In this document: positions 8,788 to 18,192 of the stretch, one piece after another | Numbering within the stretch: position 1 is the stretch's first letter | Layout of the letters: every line of letters starts with the position of its first letter | DNA from: an uncultured Kineothrix sp. | Lineage (GTDB): Bacteria; Bacillota; Clostridia; Lachnospirales; Lachnospiraceae | DNA length: 64,000 nucleotides | Assembly (NCBI GenBank): GCA_964519385.1 | Contig: CAZFLR010000007.1 | Coordinates: 16,045 to 80,044 of the forward strand | Direction of reading: 5' to 3' | Notes under the pieces: generated by a model | Seen by the model: only the letters and a program-made list of their open reading frames with translations | Databases searched by the model: none | Told to the model about the DNA's origin: nothing | Made by a program: the position numbers and the translations under genes

Positions 8788-9906
8788 TCAGGCAAGTTCC
8801 TGTGCCGCCATATCCAGCGCGGCGCGGATTACCTTATCCATATCGTAGTATTTGTACTGTCCCAGGCGACCGCCAAAAATGACATTTTCCTGCTCACCGG
8901 CAAGTGCTTCATACTTTGCATAAAGAGCACTGTTCTTCTCATCATTCACGGGATAATACGGCTCGTCTCCCCTCTTCCATTCTACGGGATATTCTCTGGT
9001 AATCACCGTCCCGTCACCTTTTCCGAATTCAAAATGCTTATGCTCAATAATCCGGGTATACGGAATCTCTCTCTCTGTATAATTGACGACCGCATTTCCC
9101 TGATAGTTATCTGTATCCTTTATATACTCACTTTCAAAACGCAGCGAACGGTAAGCCAGCTCCCCATAGCAATATTCAAAAAACTCATCAATCATGCCGG
9201 TATAGAGTATCTTGTCATATGTCACCGGCTGTTCCTTGGCACGATTGTCTTCCAGAAACTCCTGATAGCTGATGCCTGTCCTCACCGGTGTATCTCCGAA
9301 CAGCTTCTCTACAATCTGTGTGTAGCCCCCGACAGGGATTCCCTGATAGCGGTCATTAAAATAATTGTTGTCATATACAAAGCGGAGCGGAAGACGGTTT
9401 ATGATAAACGAAGGGAGGTCTCTGCAGTCCCTTCCCCACTGTTTTTCGGTGTAACCCTTAACTAACTTCTCATAAACATCGGTTCCGACAAGCGAAATGG
9501 CCTTTTCCTCCAGATTATCCGCCTCTGTAATTCCCGCTTCTGCAATCTGCTCTGCGATTTTAGCTTTTGCCTCGGCCGGCGTTTTCACATTCCACATACG
9601 GCTGAAGGTGTTCATGTTAAACGGCAGATTATATATTTCATTCTTATAAACAGCGACCGGTGAATTTACATAATGATTAAAGTCCGCAAGTGCACTCACA
9701 TAGTCCCACACCTCTTTATCGGATGTATGAAAAATATGTGCCCCGTACTTATGGACAGAAATATGGTTCTGCTGCTCAGTGTAGATATTTCCTGCTATGT
9801 GGTCTCTTTTTTCAATCACATAGCAGCTCTTTCCCGCTTTTCTCATCTCGCAGGCAAACACGGCACCGAACAGACCTGCCCCTACAATTAAATAATCATA
9901 CTTCAT
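8788..9906 (-). CDS. glf: UDP-galactopyranose mutase
   Basis: 372 aa. FAD fold MKYDYLIVGAGLFGAVFA, then IAGNIYTE, HKYGAHIFHT, and the C-terminal GRLGQYKYYDMD block typical of Glf. Confidence 0.9.
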   Translation of the reverse strand: MKYDYLIVGAGLFGAVFACEMRKAGKSCYVIEKRDHIAGNIYTEQQNHISVHKYGAHIFHTSDKEVWDYVSALADFNHYVNSPVAVYKNEIYNLPFNMNTFSRMWNVKTPAEAKAKIAEQIAEAGITEADNLEEKAISLVGTDVYEKLVKGYTEKQWGRDCRDLPSFIINRLPLRFVYDNNYFNDRYQGIPVGGYTQIVEKLFGDTPVRTGISYQEFLEDNRAKEQPVTYDKILYTGMIDEFFEYCYGELAYRSLRFESEYIKDTDNYQGNAVVNYTEREIPYTRIIEHKHFEFGKGDGTVITREYPVEWKRGDEPYYPVNDEKNSALYAKYEALAGEQENVIFGGRLGQYKYYDMDKVIRAALDMAAQELA

Positions 9907-10280
9907 GCATTTTCCCTCTCCAGTATAATGGAGGATACCTGATAAAAAATATCCAGAAACGGAAGTATGCCCTCTTCAAGTGCCTGTGCTGTTTTCAGAT
10001 TGTCCTTTGCACTGAGTCCATCATTGAGAAGCTGTACTTTTTCTTCTATTCCGTCTTTGTTCAGAATCTCTTCTTTTTCATTAATCATACCCATCGTCGC
10101 GTTTACAATCTCAATGACAAAGTTAATTCCGTCGATAAGCTGATTCAAAAAATCTATCGTATCTTCTTTTTCTTCACCACGAAGCTCCGGTAAAATTTCT
10201 TTAATGGCAGGAACAAGTTTTTTCACATATTCCACTCCTGTTTCCAAAGCTTCCAACTGCTGCCTTCTGATATCTTCCAT
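9903..10280 (-). CDS. Small acidic all-helical protein of unknown function, translationally coupled to glf (ATGA overlap)
   Basis: 125 aa, no recognisable motif. The 4-nt start/stop overlap with glf argues that it is translated. Confidence 0.6.
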   Translation of the reverse strand: MEDIRRQQLEALETGVEYVKKLVPAIKEILPELRGEEKEDTIDFLNQLIDGINFVIEIVNATMGMINEKEEILNKDGIEEKVQLLNDGLSAKDNLKTAQALEEGILPFLDIFYQVSSIILERENA

Positions 10281-10354
10281 GATATACCCCGCTTTCCGTT
10301 CAATGTATCACATTTTCAAACAAATATTGTGCACACATGTACACTATATCATAT

Positions 10355-10381
10355 ATATCGACCTTTTGCGAAAAAAATATA
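10355..10381 (-). promoter_or_regulatory. SigD-like promoter candidate for the 125-aa gene/glf operon
   Basis: Minus strand TATA-N15-GTCGATAT (3/4 and 7/8 to TAAA-N15-GCCGATAT), about 70 nt upstream of the ATG at 10280. Confidence 0.3.
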
Positions 10382-10461
10382 AGAGGCATTTGTTGTTTTT
10401 TTTCACGGTGTCGATTATACTTAGTACATATTAAAAAAGCCGAAAATCAAGGAGAAATGGC

Positions 10462-11523
10462 GTGAATCCTTTTATTTCTGTCTGCCTGATTGGGAAAAAT
10501 GAAGAAAAATGCATAGAGCGTTGTCTGAAGGAGCTTCAAAAGCTTGCTCTTCCCGTGATTTATACAGACACCGGTTCTGCCGACCGCACTGTGGAGATTG
10601 CCCGTCAATATACCGGTCACATTTATCACTTTGAGTGGTGCAATGATTTTTCCAAAGCCAGAAATTTCTGTGCCATGCAGGCACCGACTGACTGGATATG
10701 GTTTCTGGATTGTGATGAATATGTTACAAAGGCAGACCTTTCACAGCTTTCTGCCTTCTGCCGTGATGAAAATGCCCCGCTTATCGGCACCATTCGTCAG
10801 AAGGATTTATATACGCTGAACGGCGAGCAGACATTTACCACGACCAGGCTTGGAAGAATCTACAACCGGCAGTATTACGAGTACAGCGGCAATGTGCACG
10901 AACATCTCACCTCTCACAGGCCGGATATTCCGTGCCACTATTTCGACTTAGAAATTTCCCTTGACCATGACGGTTACAGCGATCCCGATGTATTGGCAGA
11001 TAAATGCAGGCGCAACGCGGAGCTTCTTCTTGAAGCTCTTGCCCGCAAAGCGGATCCTTACTTATATTATCAGCTCGGCAAATGCTATTCCACTCTCAGT
11101 AAGCCGGAGCTTGCTGCCGAAGCTTTTTCCAAAGGTCTCTCCTTTGACCTTGATCCTACACTTTTCTATGTGCAATCGATGGTAGAAGCCTATGGCTACT
11201 GCCTTCTGGAGCTCAAACAATATGAAGCTGCCCTCTCTTTTGAAGGAATCTATGACAGCTTTGCCGTCAACGCAGATTTCGTTTTTTTAATGGGACTCAT
11301 CTATATGAATAACGCCCTTTTCGACCGGGCAATCGGAGAATTTAAGAAAGCTGCTTCTTTTTCCTCAAGTGTTGTTGACGGTGTGAACAGCTATCGCGCT
11401 TTTTATAATATCGGAGTTATATATGAATGCACGGGACATACCCGTGAAGCTGTTTTAAACTATCGCAAATGCAACAGCTATCCCCCGGCACTCAAACGAT
11501 TGGAGGTACTTACCGGTGGCTGA
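10462..11523 (+). CDS. GT2-family glycosyltransferase with C-terminal TPR-like repeats (paralog A)
   Basis: 353 aa. GTG start 7 nt after AAGGAG. GT-A N-terminus ISVCLIGKNEEKCIERCL and DxD-type LDCDEY. The helical-repeat C-terminus (YYQLGKCY, NIGVIYECTGH) is collinear with the ORFs at 16037 and 17119. Confidence 0.85.
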   Translation: MNPFISVCLIGKNEEKCIERCLKELQKLALPVIYTDTGSADRTVEIARQYTGHIYHFEWCNDFSKARNFCAMQAPTDWIWFLDCDEYVTKADLSQLSAFCRDENAPLIGTIRQKDLYTLNGEQTFTTTRLGRIYNRQYYEYSGNVHEHLTSHRPDIPCHYFDLEISLDHDGYSDPDVLADKCRRNAELLLEALARKADPYLYYQLGKCYSTLSKPELAAEAFSKGLSFDLDPTLFYVQSMVEAYGYCLLELKQYEAALSFEGIYDSFAVNADFVFLMGLIYMNNALFDRAIGEFKKAASFSSSVVDGVNSYRAFYNIGVIYECTGHTREAVLNYRKCNSYPPALKRLEVLTGG

Positions 11524-12556
11524 AATCAGTATCATTATTCCATGCCATAATGTTGAAAATTACATAATGCGCTGCTTTGAATCCCTGAAAAATCAGACCT
11601 TCGGACTTGACCGGCTGGAGCTGATTTTCGTGGATGATGCTTCCACGGACAGCACCTGGGAAAAATTACTTGTCATTGAACAATCTGCTCCGGACTCCGT
11701 GTGCATCATTCAGCTTCCGGAAAATCTGCGTCAGGGAGGAGCCAGAAACATCGGACTCTCTCATGCGACCTCTCTCTATATCGGCTTTGTCGATGCTGAT
11801 GACTGGGTTGAGCCGGATATGTATGAATGCCTTTACCGTGCTGTGACGGAAGATGACTCAGACCTTGCCTTCTGCCGTCATATACGTGACAACGGGAAGA
11901 AATCCCTTTACCTGAAAGAGGAAGAGAAAACAACGCGCAAGCAAAATCGAAAGCTCCGCATTCTCTCGGACGCACAGCGGACTGATTTCATCGTCTCCAA
12001 CGTCATCGGCTACGGTGTATGGGACAAACTGTTTCGCAAAGATTTCCTTCTGGAAAACGAAATTTTCTTTCCCGAACACCTCACCTATGAGGATATTTAT
12101 TTTGGTTCTCTGGTATATCTGTACGCAAAGCATGTCAGCCTTGTGGAACGCCGGCTTTATCACTACTATATTAACGAAGACTCTACCGTGCTCGGACGTA
12201 ATCAGGTACACCACAAGGATATTTTTCCGGTAAATTATCTGAAATGGGATGCATACGAAAAAAGAGGTTTTCTTTCAAAGTATCGTGAAGCACTCGAATT
12301 TGATTTTATTATGTCCTATTACATGGCAGGCTTCAAAATTCTCGCGCTCCGCTTTGACGAAATACCATACGAAGATTTCATGAAATTAAAAACCGGAACT
12401 CTCGAAAGAGTTCCGGATTATCAGCAAAATACATACTGTCATTCGCACATTCCCGAAATCTATAAATTACTCCTTAATCTTCTGAAATACTCTGTCGGCC
12501 CCTCCGAGCTCTCACAGGTTCAGAAGGTGTTCAAAAGCTATCACAGGCTGACCTGA
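11516..12556 (+). CDS. GT2-family glycosyltransferase
   Basis: 346 aa. ISIIIPCHNVENYI, FVDDASTDST, GGARNIGL, FVDADDW. GTG start overlaps the previous gene by 8 nt. Confidence 0.85.
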   Translation: MAEISIIIPCHNVENYIMRCFESLKNQTFGLDRLELIFVDDASTDSTWEKLLVIEQSAPDSVCIIQLPENLRQGGARNIGLSHATSLYIGFVDADDWVEPDMYECLYRAVTEDDSDLAFCRHIRDNGKKSLYLKEEEKTTRKQNRKLRILSDAQRTDFIVSNVIGYGVWDKLFRKDFLLENEIFFPEHLTYEDIYFGSLVYLYAKHVSLVERRLYHYYINEDSTVLGRNQVHHKDIFPVNYLKWDAYEKRGFLSKYREALEFDFIMSYYMAGFKILALRFDEIPYEDFMKLKTGTLERVPDYQQNTYCHSHIPEIYKLLLNLLKYSVGPSELSQVQKVFKSYHRLT

Positions 12557-13643
12557 GCAGTCCCTCGCATGGCTTCAGATTCGGATTTGTATTGACAATC
12601 ATCTGCAAAAGGCTTCCGGAAATCCGGGAGTCTTTGTAATATGAAAGTTCCTGCGCCGTCACATTACCCGCAGCTATCTTGCCCGCAATCATACAAATCA
12701 GCCTGTAGTGTCTGACAAGAAGATTTAAATCCTTTGCAATGGCAAGCAGCCCCTCAGTTCCCGCCGTCAGCTCCTGTTCACACACATAGAGCACACGGAA
12801 CATATCCGCAAGTTCGCCACTCAAATCAGAGGCTGAAAGCATAAGATCCGGCCGTTCTTTCATCGCACTCCGAAACAGCTCCAGTGCCTCTCTTACGTCA
12901 TCAATGTTCCCCCTTGCTAACTTCTTGCACAGTTCCTGCTTCAGTTCAATCGTTTCCGCCTTCTCCTGCGTCAGTCCCACCGGTGCCTCGTATATGCTCA
13001 GTCCCCGGCTTTTTACCCACACATATAACAGCTGTTCCGACAAAAAGCCGAATACCCGCCTGTGATATGCATCATAGTCATCCGGATGAATCCGTTTCTC
13101 CACCCGGTCAAACACAGAAAACAGCCACTGTTCGTAGTCGCAAAATTTCTCCCTGGAAGTGACAAACATATTTCCGCTGTAAACCTTTCGCCCTGCAATC
13201 ACTTCTTCAAACACCTTATAATCTTCCGGATACAATTCCTTTAAAACCTCTCCCGTTACCTGAAGGTCACGGATATTATGCGCCTGCGCGTAAATCTCAT
13301 AATACGAAACCGGATGATAGACGGCTTTGGCCAAAATCACATCATGCTCCTTCAAAATCCGCTCATAAGAGTCCCCATCCAAAAGCCTTCCCTCATCATT
13401 CAGAAAGAACCGTCTATAATGGCAAAGACCGAAATAATCACCCTCCGTCACATTATGCGCCGCCCAGTATAAGCCCGTCAGTTCGCTATAATAACAATTT
13501 TTCACGGAGATGTTATCTCCCGTGTTATCTCCTGTGTAACCGAGGTCTTCCCTACCTTCCCTGCCGACATGCAAGGGAATGTAAACAGGATCCTTTGGCA
13601 CATCAAACGCTTTGTGGGTCATAACAAAAATTTTCGTGCTCAT
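12531..13643 (-). CDS. DUF4422-family protein (putative glycosyltransferase, often found next to glf)
   Basis: MSTKIFVMTHKAFDVPKDPVYIPLHVG, YSELTGLYWAAHN and GLCHYRRFF match the DUF4422 pattern. Start set at the ATG of MSTKIF (GAGGTGG upstream), not the GTG at 13655. The 3' end overlaps the convergent GT2 gene by 26 nt. Confidence 0.8.
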   Translation of the reverse strand: MSTKIFVMTHKAFDVPKDPVYIPLHVGREGREDLGYTGDNTGDNISVKNCYYSELTGLYWAAHNVTEGDYFGLCHYRRFFLNDEGRLLDGDSYERILKEHDVILAKAVYHPVSYYEIYAQAHNIRDLQVTGEVLKELYPEDYKVFEEVIAGRKVYSGNMFVTSREKFCDYEQWLFSVFDRVEKRIHPDDYDAYHRRVFGFLSEQLLYVWVKSRGLSIYEAPVGLTQEKAETIELKQELCKKLARGNIDDVREALELFRSAMKERPDLMLSASDLSGELADMFRVLYVCEQELTAGTEGLLAIAKDLNLLVRHYRLICMIAGKIAAGNVTAQELSYYKDSRISGSLLQMIVNTNPNLKPCEGLLRSACDSF

Positions 13644-13739
13644 ATACTCTCCCACCTCATCTTATCGTGCATTTATACGATAAATATATTATAATTACTA
13701 TAATTATATCAATTATACCATATTACAGGAGTCAAAAAC

Positions 13740-15065
13740 ATGGATTTTGTCAGCCAATTTGAACACACTCTGGAACAGACCATAAACCGGGGACTTCTTA
13801 CAGAGGCAGAACAGTTGCTCTCCGCTTTTAAGACCACCGGTCTCGGATATACAAGGAAGCTCTATGCTCTGATTAACCTTCTCCGGCGCATGGAAGCTCC
13901 CTTTGATTTACCAATGACTCCGGCTGCGCCGGAACACCCTTACCGCATCGTTATATTCCGGACAGGAAACTACATTTTGGACTACATAGCCGAGCGTTTT
14001 TCTTCGTTTTTTAAAGGACAGGGCTGCTCCATTTTATTTTTCGACCCGGCCGATTATGCAGACAGCACCCAAAGGTTTTTTACTTTTACTAAAGACGGAA
14101 CGGATGCGGCTTTTTTCTTTAACAATGTCGGGCTGTCTCAGACCTTTGAGGACGGCTCTTCTCTCTGGGAATCCCTGAACATCCCGTGCTACGATTTTCT
14201 GGTGGACCACCCGATGTATTACGCTGACTCCCTCGACAACCCTCCGTGCAATACCACTCTTCTTTGTGCCGACCGGACACATACCGAATATGTACGACGT
14301 TTTTATACCAAAATTAAAAACGCCCTCTTCCTTCCTACCGGAGGATGTCAGGACTCCTCTCCTGTCACGGACTGGAACAAGCGCGATATCGATGTACTTT
14401 TTATCGGCAGCTACAAATATCATGCATCTTATACAGAGGATGAACTTGACCGACAGATTATTGCGTACCTGAGCAAAAACACGACACAGACCTTCGAGCA
14501 GGCAGTGGAATACTGTGCCGGCAAGCTTCACATTTCCGACACACCTCTCAAAACACTGATAGAGTTACACCGTTTTACCGAAACGAACCTGACTGCACTT
14601 TACCGGAAAGCTATTATGGAAGACCTTGTATCTGCAGGCATTATGGTTCACGTTTACGGAAATGGCTGGGAGCAATCCGGTCTGCAGAACCATAATAATT
14701 TTATTCTTCACAGTCCCGTCAGCTTTGAGGAAGGCATTCGGCTCATGTCTCATACCAAAATCCTCCTTAATCATATGGCGTGGTTCAAAGACGGTTCAAG
14801 TGAACGTATTTTTAATGCAATGATGCAGGGCGCGCTCTGTATCACTGACAGCAGCAGCTATCTGGACACCATTCTGTCCGATGGTATCAACTGCTGTATC
14901 TATCAGCTTAAGGACTGTCGTTCAGCCCCTCTTTCACGGACTGTAAAAATGCTTCTTTCATCCCCGGAAAAAGCAGAAAAAATCGCCTCAGACGGACAAA
15001 AAACCGCCATGGAGCATACTTGGGAGAAGCATCTGCTTTTGATGACAGAACCGCCGCCAGTATGA
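13740..15065 (+). CDS. CgeB-like GT-B fold glycosyltransferase-family protein (DUF3880/Glyco_trans_1_2-like)
   Basis: 441 aa. The C-terminal half (VHVYGNGWE, GSSERIFNAMMQGALCITD, PEKAEKIASDGQ) follows the CgeB/GT1-like C-domain pattern. Confidence 0.65.
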   Translation: MDFVSQFEHTLEQTINRGLLTEAEQLLSAFKTTGLGYTRKLYALINLLRRMEAPFDLPMTPAAPEHPYRIVIFRTGNYILDYIAERFSSFFKGQGCSILFFDPADYADSTQRFFTFTKDGTDAAFFFNNVGLSQTFEDGSSLWESLNIPCYDFLVDHPMYYADSLDNPPCNTTLLCADRTHTEYVRRFYTKIKNALFLPTGGCQDSSPVTDWNKRDIDVLFIGSYKYHASYTEDELDRQIIAYLSKNTTQTFEQAVEYCAGKLHISDTPLKTLIELHRFTETNLTALYRKAIMEDLVSAGIMVHVYGNGWEQSGLQNHNNFILHSPVSFEEGIRLMSHTKILLNHMAWFKDGSSERIFNAMMQGALCITDSSSYLDTILSDGINCCIYQLKDCRSAPLSRTVKMLLSSPEKAEKIASDGQKTAMEHTWEKHLLLMTEPPPV

Positions 15066-15117
15066 TATAATATCTATGGATTATTCCATCAGATTCTTGC
15101 ACAAAGGAGTACCTTGT

Positions 15118-16008
15118 ATGAAAATTCAGTATTTTAACGGCGGACTCGCCAATCAGGTATTTCAATATATATTTTACCGCTACGCACAGCTTTCCTGCGG
15201 CGAAAAGGACATCTGGCTTTTAGACGATTCCTTCTTTTTCTTTAAAGAAGAGCATAACGGATATGAGCTTGAAAAAGTATTCGGTCTCAAACCCAATCTC
15301 TTAAGCCGGCAGTTTTCGCCCGATGCATGGAAGGTTTTCGTGGACAACCGGAAAAACCGGATAGGAACTGCTCAGACAATGCTGAACATGGGATTCGATG
15401 TCCGGATGATTGCCGAGGCTGCAAACTATAAAACAGACAATCCTTTTCACGGAACGGTACATCAGATTCCCTGCAACGAATACCATCCGGAGATTCTACA
15501 GTTTCCGGGCGAGATTGTATACTACTTCGGCTACTGGATTAACAAAAGCTGGTTTGCTGCCTATAGGGAACAGTTTTTAAGCGAATTGTCCTTTCCGCCG
15601 ATTCTCGATGAAAAAAATATGCGATACGCTTCAAAGATTAAATCCTCTCTCTCCGTCGGCGTACACATCCGGCGCGGAGACTTCATCCGTCTCGGCTGGA
15701 ATATCGACACGAAAATTTATCACAACTATGCAAAGCTGCTCACTGATAGTTACCCTGAGCTGACTTTCTTTGTATTTTCCGATGATATTTCCTGGTGCCG
15801 TGACAATACGGAACAGCTCGGGCTTTCCCTTGCACACGAAACTGTTTTTGTAGAAGGAAACGTTGAAGGCTCTAATTATATTGACCTGCAACTGATGACC
15901 ATGTGCAAAGGATTGCTGATGTCAAACAGTTCCTTCAGCTACCTTTCTGCACTGTTGAATACCAATCTGCAGTTTTATATCAATCCGGTTCCTTCCCGTA
16001 AGATTTAG
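15118..16008 (+). CDS. GT11-family alpha-1,2-fucosyltransferase
   Basis: MKIQYFNGGLANQVFQY, VGVHIRRGDF and MSNSSFSYL are the GT11 signature motifs. Start moved to the ATG preceded by AAAGGAG. Confidence 0.85.
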   Translation: MKIQYFNGGLANQVFQYIFYRYAQLSCGEKDIWLLDDSFFFFKEEHNGYELEKVFGLKPNLLSRQFSPDAWKVFVDNRKNRIGTAQTMLNMGFDVRMIAEAANYKTDNPFHGTVHQIPCNEYHPEILQFPGEIVYYFGYWINKSWFAAYREQFLSELSFPPILDEKNMRYASKIKSSLSVGVHIRRGDFIRLGWNIDTKIYHNYAKLLTDSYPELTFFVFSDDISWCRDNTEQLGLSLAHETVFVEGNVEGSNYIDLQLMTMCKGLLMSNSSFSYLSALLNTNLQFYINPVPSRKI

Positions 16009-16036
16009 ACTTTTTCCGAAAGGAGTTCAGGCAGAC

Positions 16037-17095
16037 ATGATACCTGTTTCTGTATGTATAATTGCAAAAAACGAAGAAAAAAACATAGAAAAATGCCTCC
16101 GGGCTCTGAGCCGCTACCCTTTTGAAATCGTTGTGGCGGATACCGGCTCCACTGACCAAACGTGGGAAATCGCTTCCCGTTATGCCGATAAGGTACTTGA
16201 CTTTAAATGGGTCAATGATTTTTCTGCAGCGCGCAATTTTTCCATACAGGCTGCAACCCATGACTGGATTCTCGTCATCGACTGTGACGAATTCGTTGTG
16301 AATCTCAATTATGAGGAAATGCAAAGCCTCATGCAGAAATATCCTTATGCACTCGGGCAACTGACACGGGACAATATATGTTATGATAAAAATCACGATA
16401 TCCTTCACTCAACCGATCTGGTCGAACGGCTTTTTGACCGCAGGCTGTATGAATATGAGGGAACTATTCACGAACAGCCTGTACGCAGGGACAAAACTCC
16501 TGCCTGTGCTTTTACCTTCCCTTTGTACATAACTCACACAGGATACGGCGGAAGTGAAGAAGAAATTTTAGCCAAATCCGAGCGGAACATCCGTATGCTG
16601 ACAGAAGCACTGGAAAAAGATCCCGAAGACCCTTATCTGTTCTACCAGCTTGGCGAGAGCTATATGCTGAAAAATGATTACGAGAACGCATACAACTATT
16701 TCGACCGCGGTTTTTATCTCGATGTCGATGAAACACTCGAATATGTACAGCGCATGATGATTTCTTACGGATACAGCATGCTCTATACCGACCGGATTGA
16801 GAAAGCCTTGACGCTTGCCAATGTTTACGATTCATTTGCAAACAGTGCAGACTTTATCTTCCTCATGGGAAATATCTATCTGAAGGCGCGCATAAATGAC
16901 AGGGCCTTACAGGAATTTCTCCGTGCAACCACTGTTTCCAGACATTTCGATGAAGGAACCAATTCCTATCGCGCTTATCACAACATCGGCTGCATTTACG
17001 AGGCCTACGGTCATTATGAGGAGGCGCGCCGATACTACCTGAAGGCCGGCGATTTTTCCATGTCCGTAGAACGGCTGAAAAATCTGCCGCAATAA
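16037..17095 (+). CDS. GT2-TPR glycosyltransferase (paralog B)
   Basis: 352 aa. VSVCIIAKNEEKNIEKCL, ADTGSTDQT, NDFSAARNF, IDCDEF. Collinear with paralogs A and C along the whole length. Confidence 0.85.
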   Translation: MIPVSVCIIAKNEEKNIEKCLRALSRYPFEIVVADTGSTDQTWEIASRYADKVLDFKWVNDFSAARNFSIQAATHDWILVIDCDEFVVNLNYEEMQSLMQKYPYALGQLTRDNICYDKNHDILHSTDLVERLFDRRLYEYEGTIHEQPVRRDKTPACAFTFPLYITHTGYGGSEEEILAKSERNIRMLTEALEKDPEDPYLFYQLGESYMLKNDYENAYNYFDRGFYLDVDETLEYVQRMMISYGYSMLYTDRIEKALTLANVYDSFANSADFIFLMGNIYLKARINDRALQEFLRATTVSRHFDEGTNSYRAYHNIGCIYEAYGHYEEARRYYLKAGDFSMSVERLKNLPQ

Positions 17096-17118
17096 TCGTC
17101 ACAAGGAGGATTTTACCA

Positions 17119-18177
17119 ATGGTACCTATTTCCTTATGTATTATAACCAAAAACGAGGAGGCAAATTTGGAACGCTGCCTTTCCTGTATCAAGGACTATC
17201 CGTTTGAAATTATCATTGCAGATACAGGCTCCACCGACCGCACAGTCGATGTTGCACGAAAATACACTGACAAAATTTATCATTTTGACTGGATAAACGA
17301 TTTTGCTGCTGCAAGGAATTTTTCTATTTCCAAAGCATCCAACGACTGGATTCTTGTACTGGATGCCGACGAGTTTGTGTATGAGCTTGATCTGAATGAA
17401 ATTTATCGTCTGATTGAGCAGCATCCGGCCGGAATCGGCAGACTGCTGAGAAGCTCGGAAGATATTGCACAGACCACCTCCGTCGATCGCGTGGAACGGC
17501 TTTTCAACCGTAAAGTGTATCACTACGAACGTCCGATTCATGAACAGGTCCTTCCGATTGACAAGTCTACGCCTTTATACACATATCCCATACCACTCGC
17601 TGCGGAGCACTCCGGGTATCTCGGAACACGGGAAGATGTCAACCGAAAGGCCATGCGAAATCTTGAAATCCTGCTCGCATCCGAAAAAGATTACCCGGAT
17701 GCCTACACTTACTATCAGATAGGACAGTCCTACTATATTATGAGCAACTGGGAAAAAGCCTGCGCATACTTTGAAAAGGCCTTATCCTTCCCGTTAAATC
17801 CCGAAGCTGAATATGTGCGTGTCATGGTAGTCAACTACGGATATTCTCTTTTGCATGAGAATCGGCTCTCGGATACTGTAAAATTCTTTGAAGAATATTA
17901 TCAATATTTTGAAACCTATGCCGACTATGTTTTTCTTGTCGGATACATATATATGAAGACGGGTAATTACATGAAATCGGCTCTCAACCTTATCAAGGCC
18001 ACTACACTTACCGATTTTTTGGTGGAGGGTACCAACAGCTTTCTGGCCTATTACCACCTTGGAATTGTCTACGAAATGATTGGAAATTCAGAGATGGCCC
18101 TCATGTTCTACGAGAAGGCCGGCAATTACCCAAAAGCCCTTGAGCAAGTAGAAAGACTGAAAAAAACTCCGGAATAA
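17119..18177 (+). CDS. GT2-TPR glycosyltransferase (paralog C)
   Basis: 352 aa. ISLCIITKNEEANLERCL, ADTGSTDRT, NDFAAARNF, LDADEF. TPR-like C-terminus. Confidence 0.85.
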   Translation: MVPISLCIITKNEEANLERCLSCIKDYPFEIIIADTGSTDRTVDVARKYTDKIYHFDWINDFAAARNFSISKASNDWILVLDADEFVYELDLNEIYRLIEQHPAGIGRLLRSSEDIAQTTSVDRVERLFNRKVYHYERPIHEQVLPIDKSTPLYTYPIPLAAEHSGYLGTREDVNRKAMRNLEILLASEKDYPDAYTYYQIGQSYYIMSNWEKACAYFEKALSFPLNPEAEYVRVMVVNYGYSLLHENRLSDTVKFFEEYYQYFETYADYVFLVGYIYMKTGNYMKSALNLIKATTLTDFLVEGTNSFLAYYHLGIVYEMIGNSEMALMFYEKAGNYPKALEQVERLKKTPE

Positions 18178-18192
18178 AACCGGAGTTTTTTT
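18161..18192. terminator. Bidirectional terminator at a convergent gene junction
   Basis: AAAAAACTCCGG-aataaaa-CCGGAGTTTTTTT, overlapping the last codons of the plus-strand gene and abutting the minus-strand stop codon. Confidence 0.75.

Noticed and set aside
13656-13739. AT-rich divergent intergenic region with TATAATTA-C-TATAATTA direct repeats and a short ATCGT...ACGAT inverted repeat
   Set aside because: It is probably just overlapping -10 elements of divergent promoters, and is too short and AT-rich to call a specific operator.
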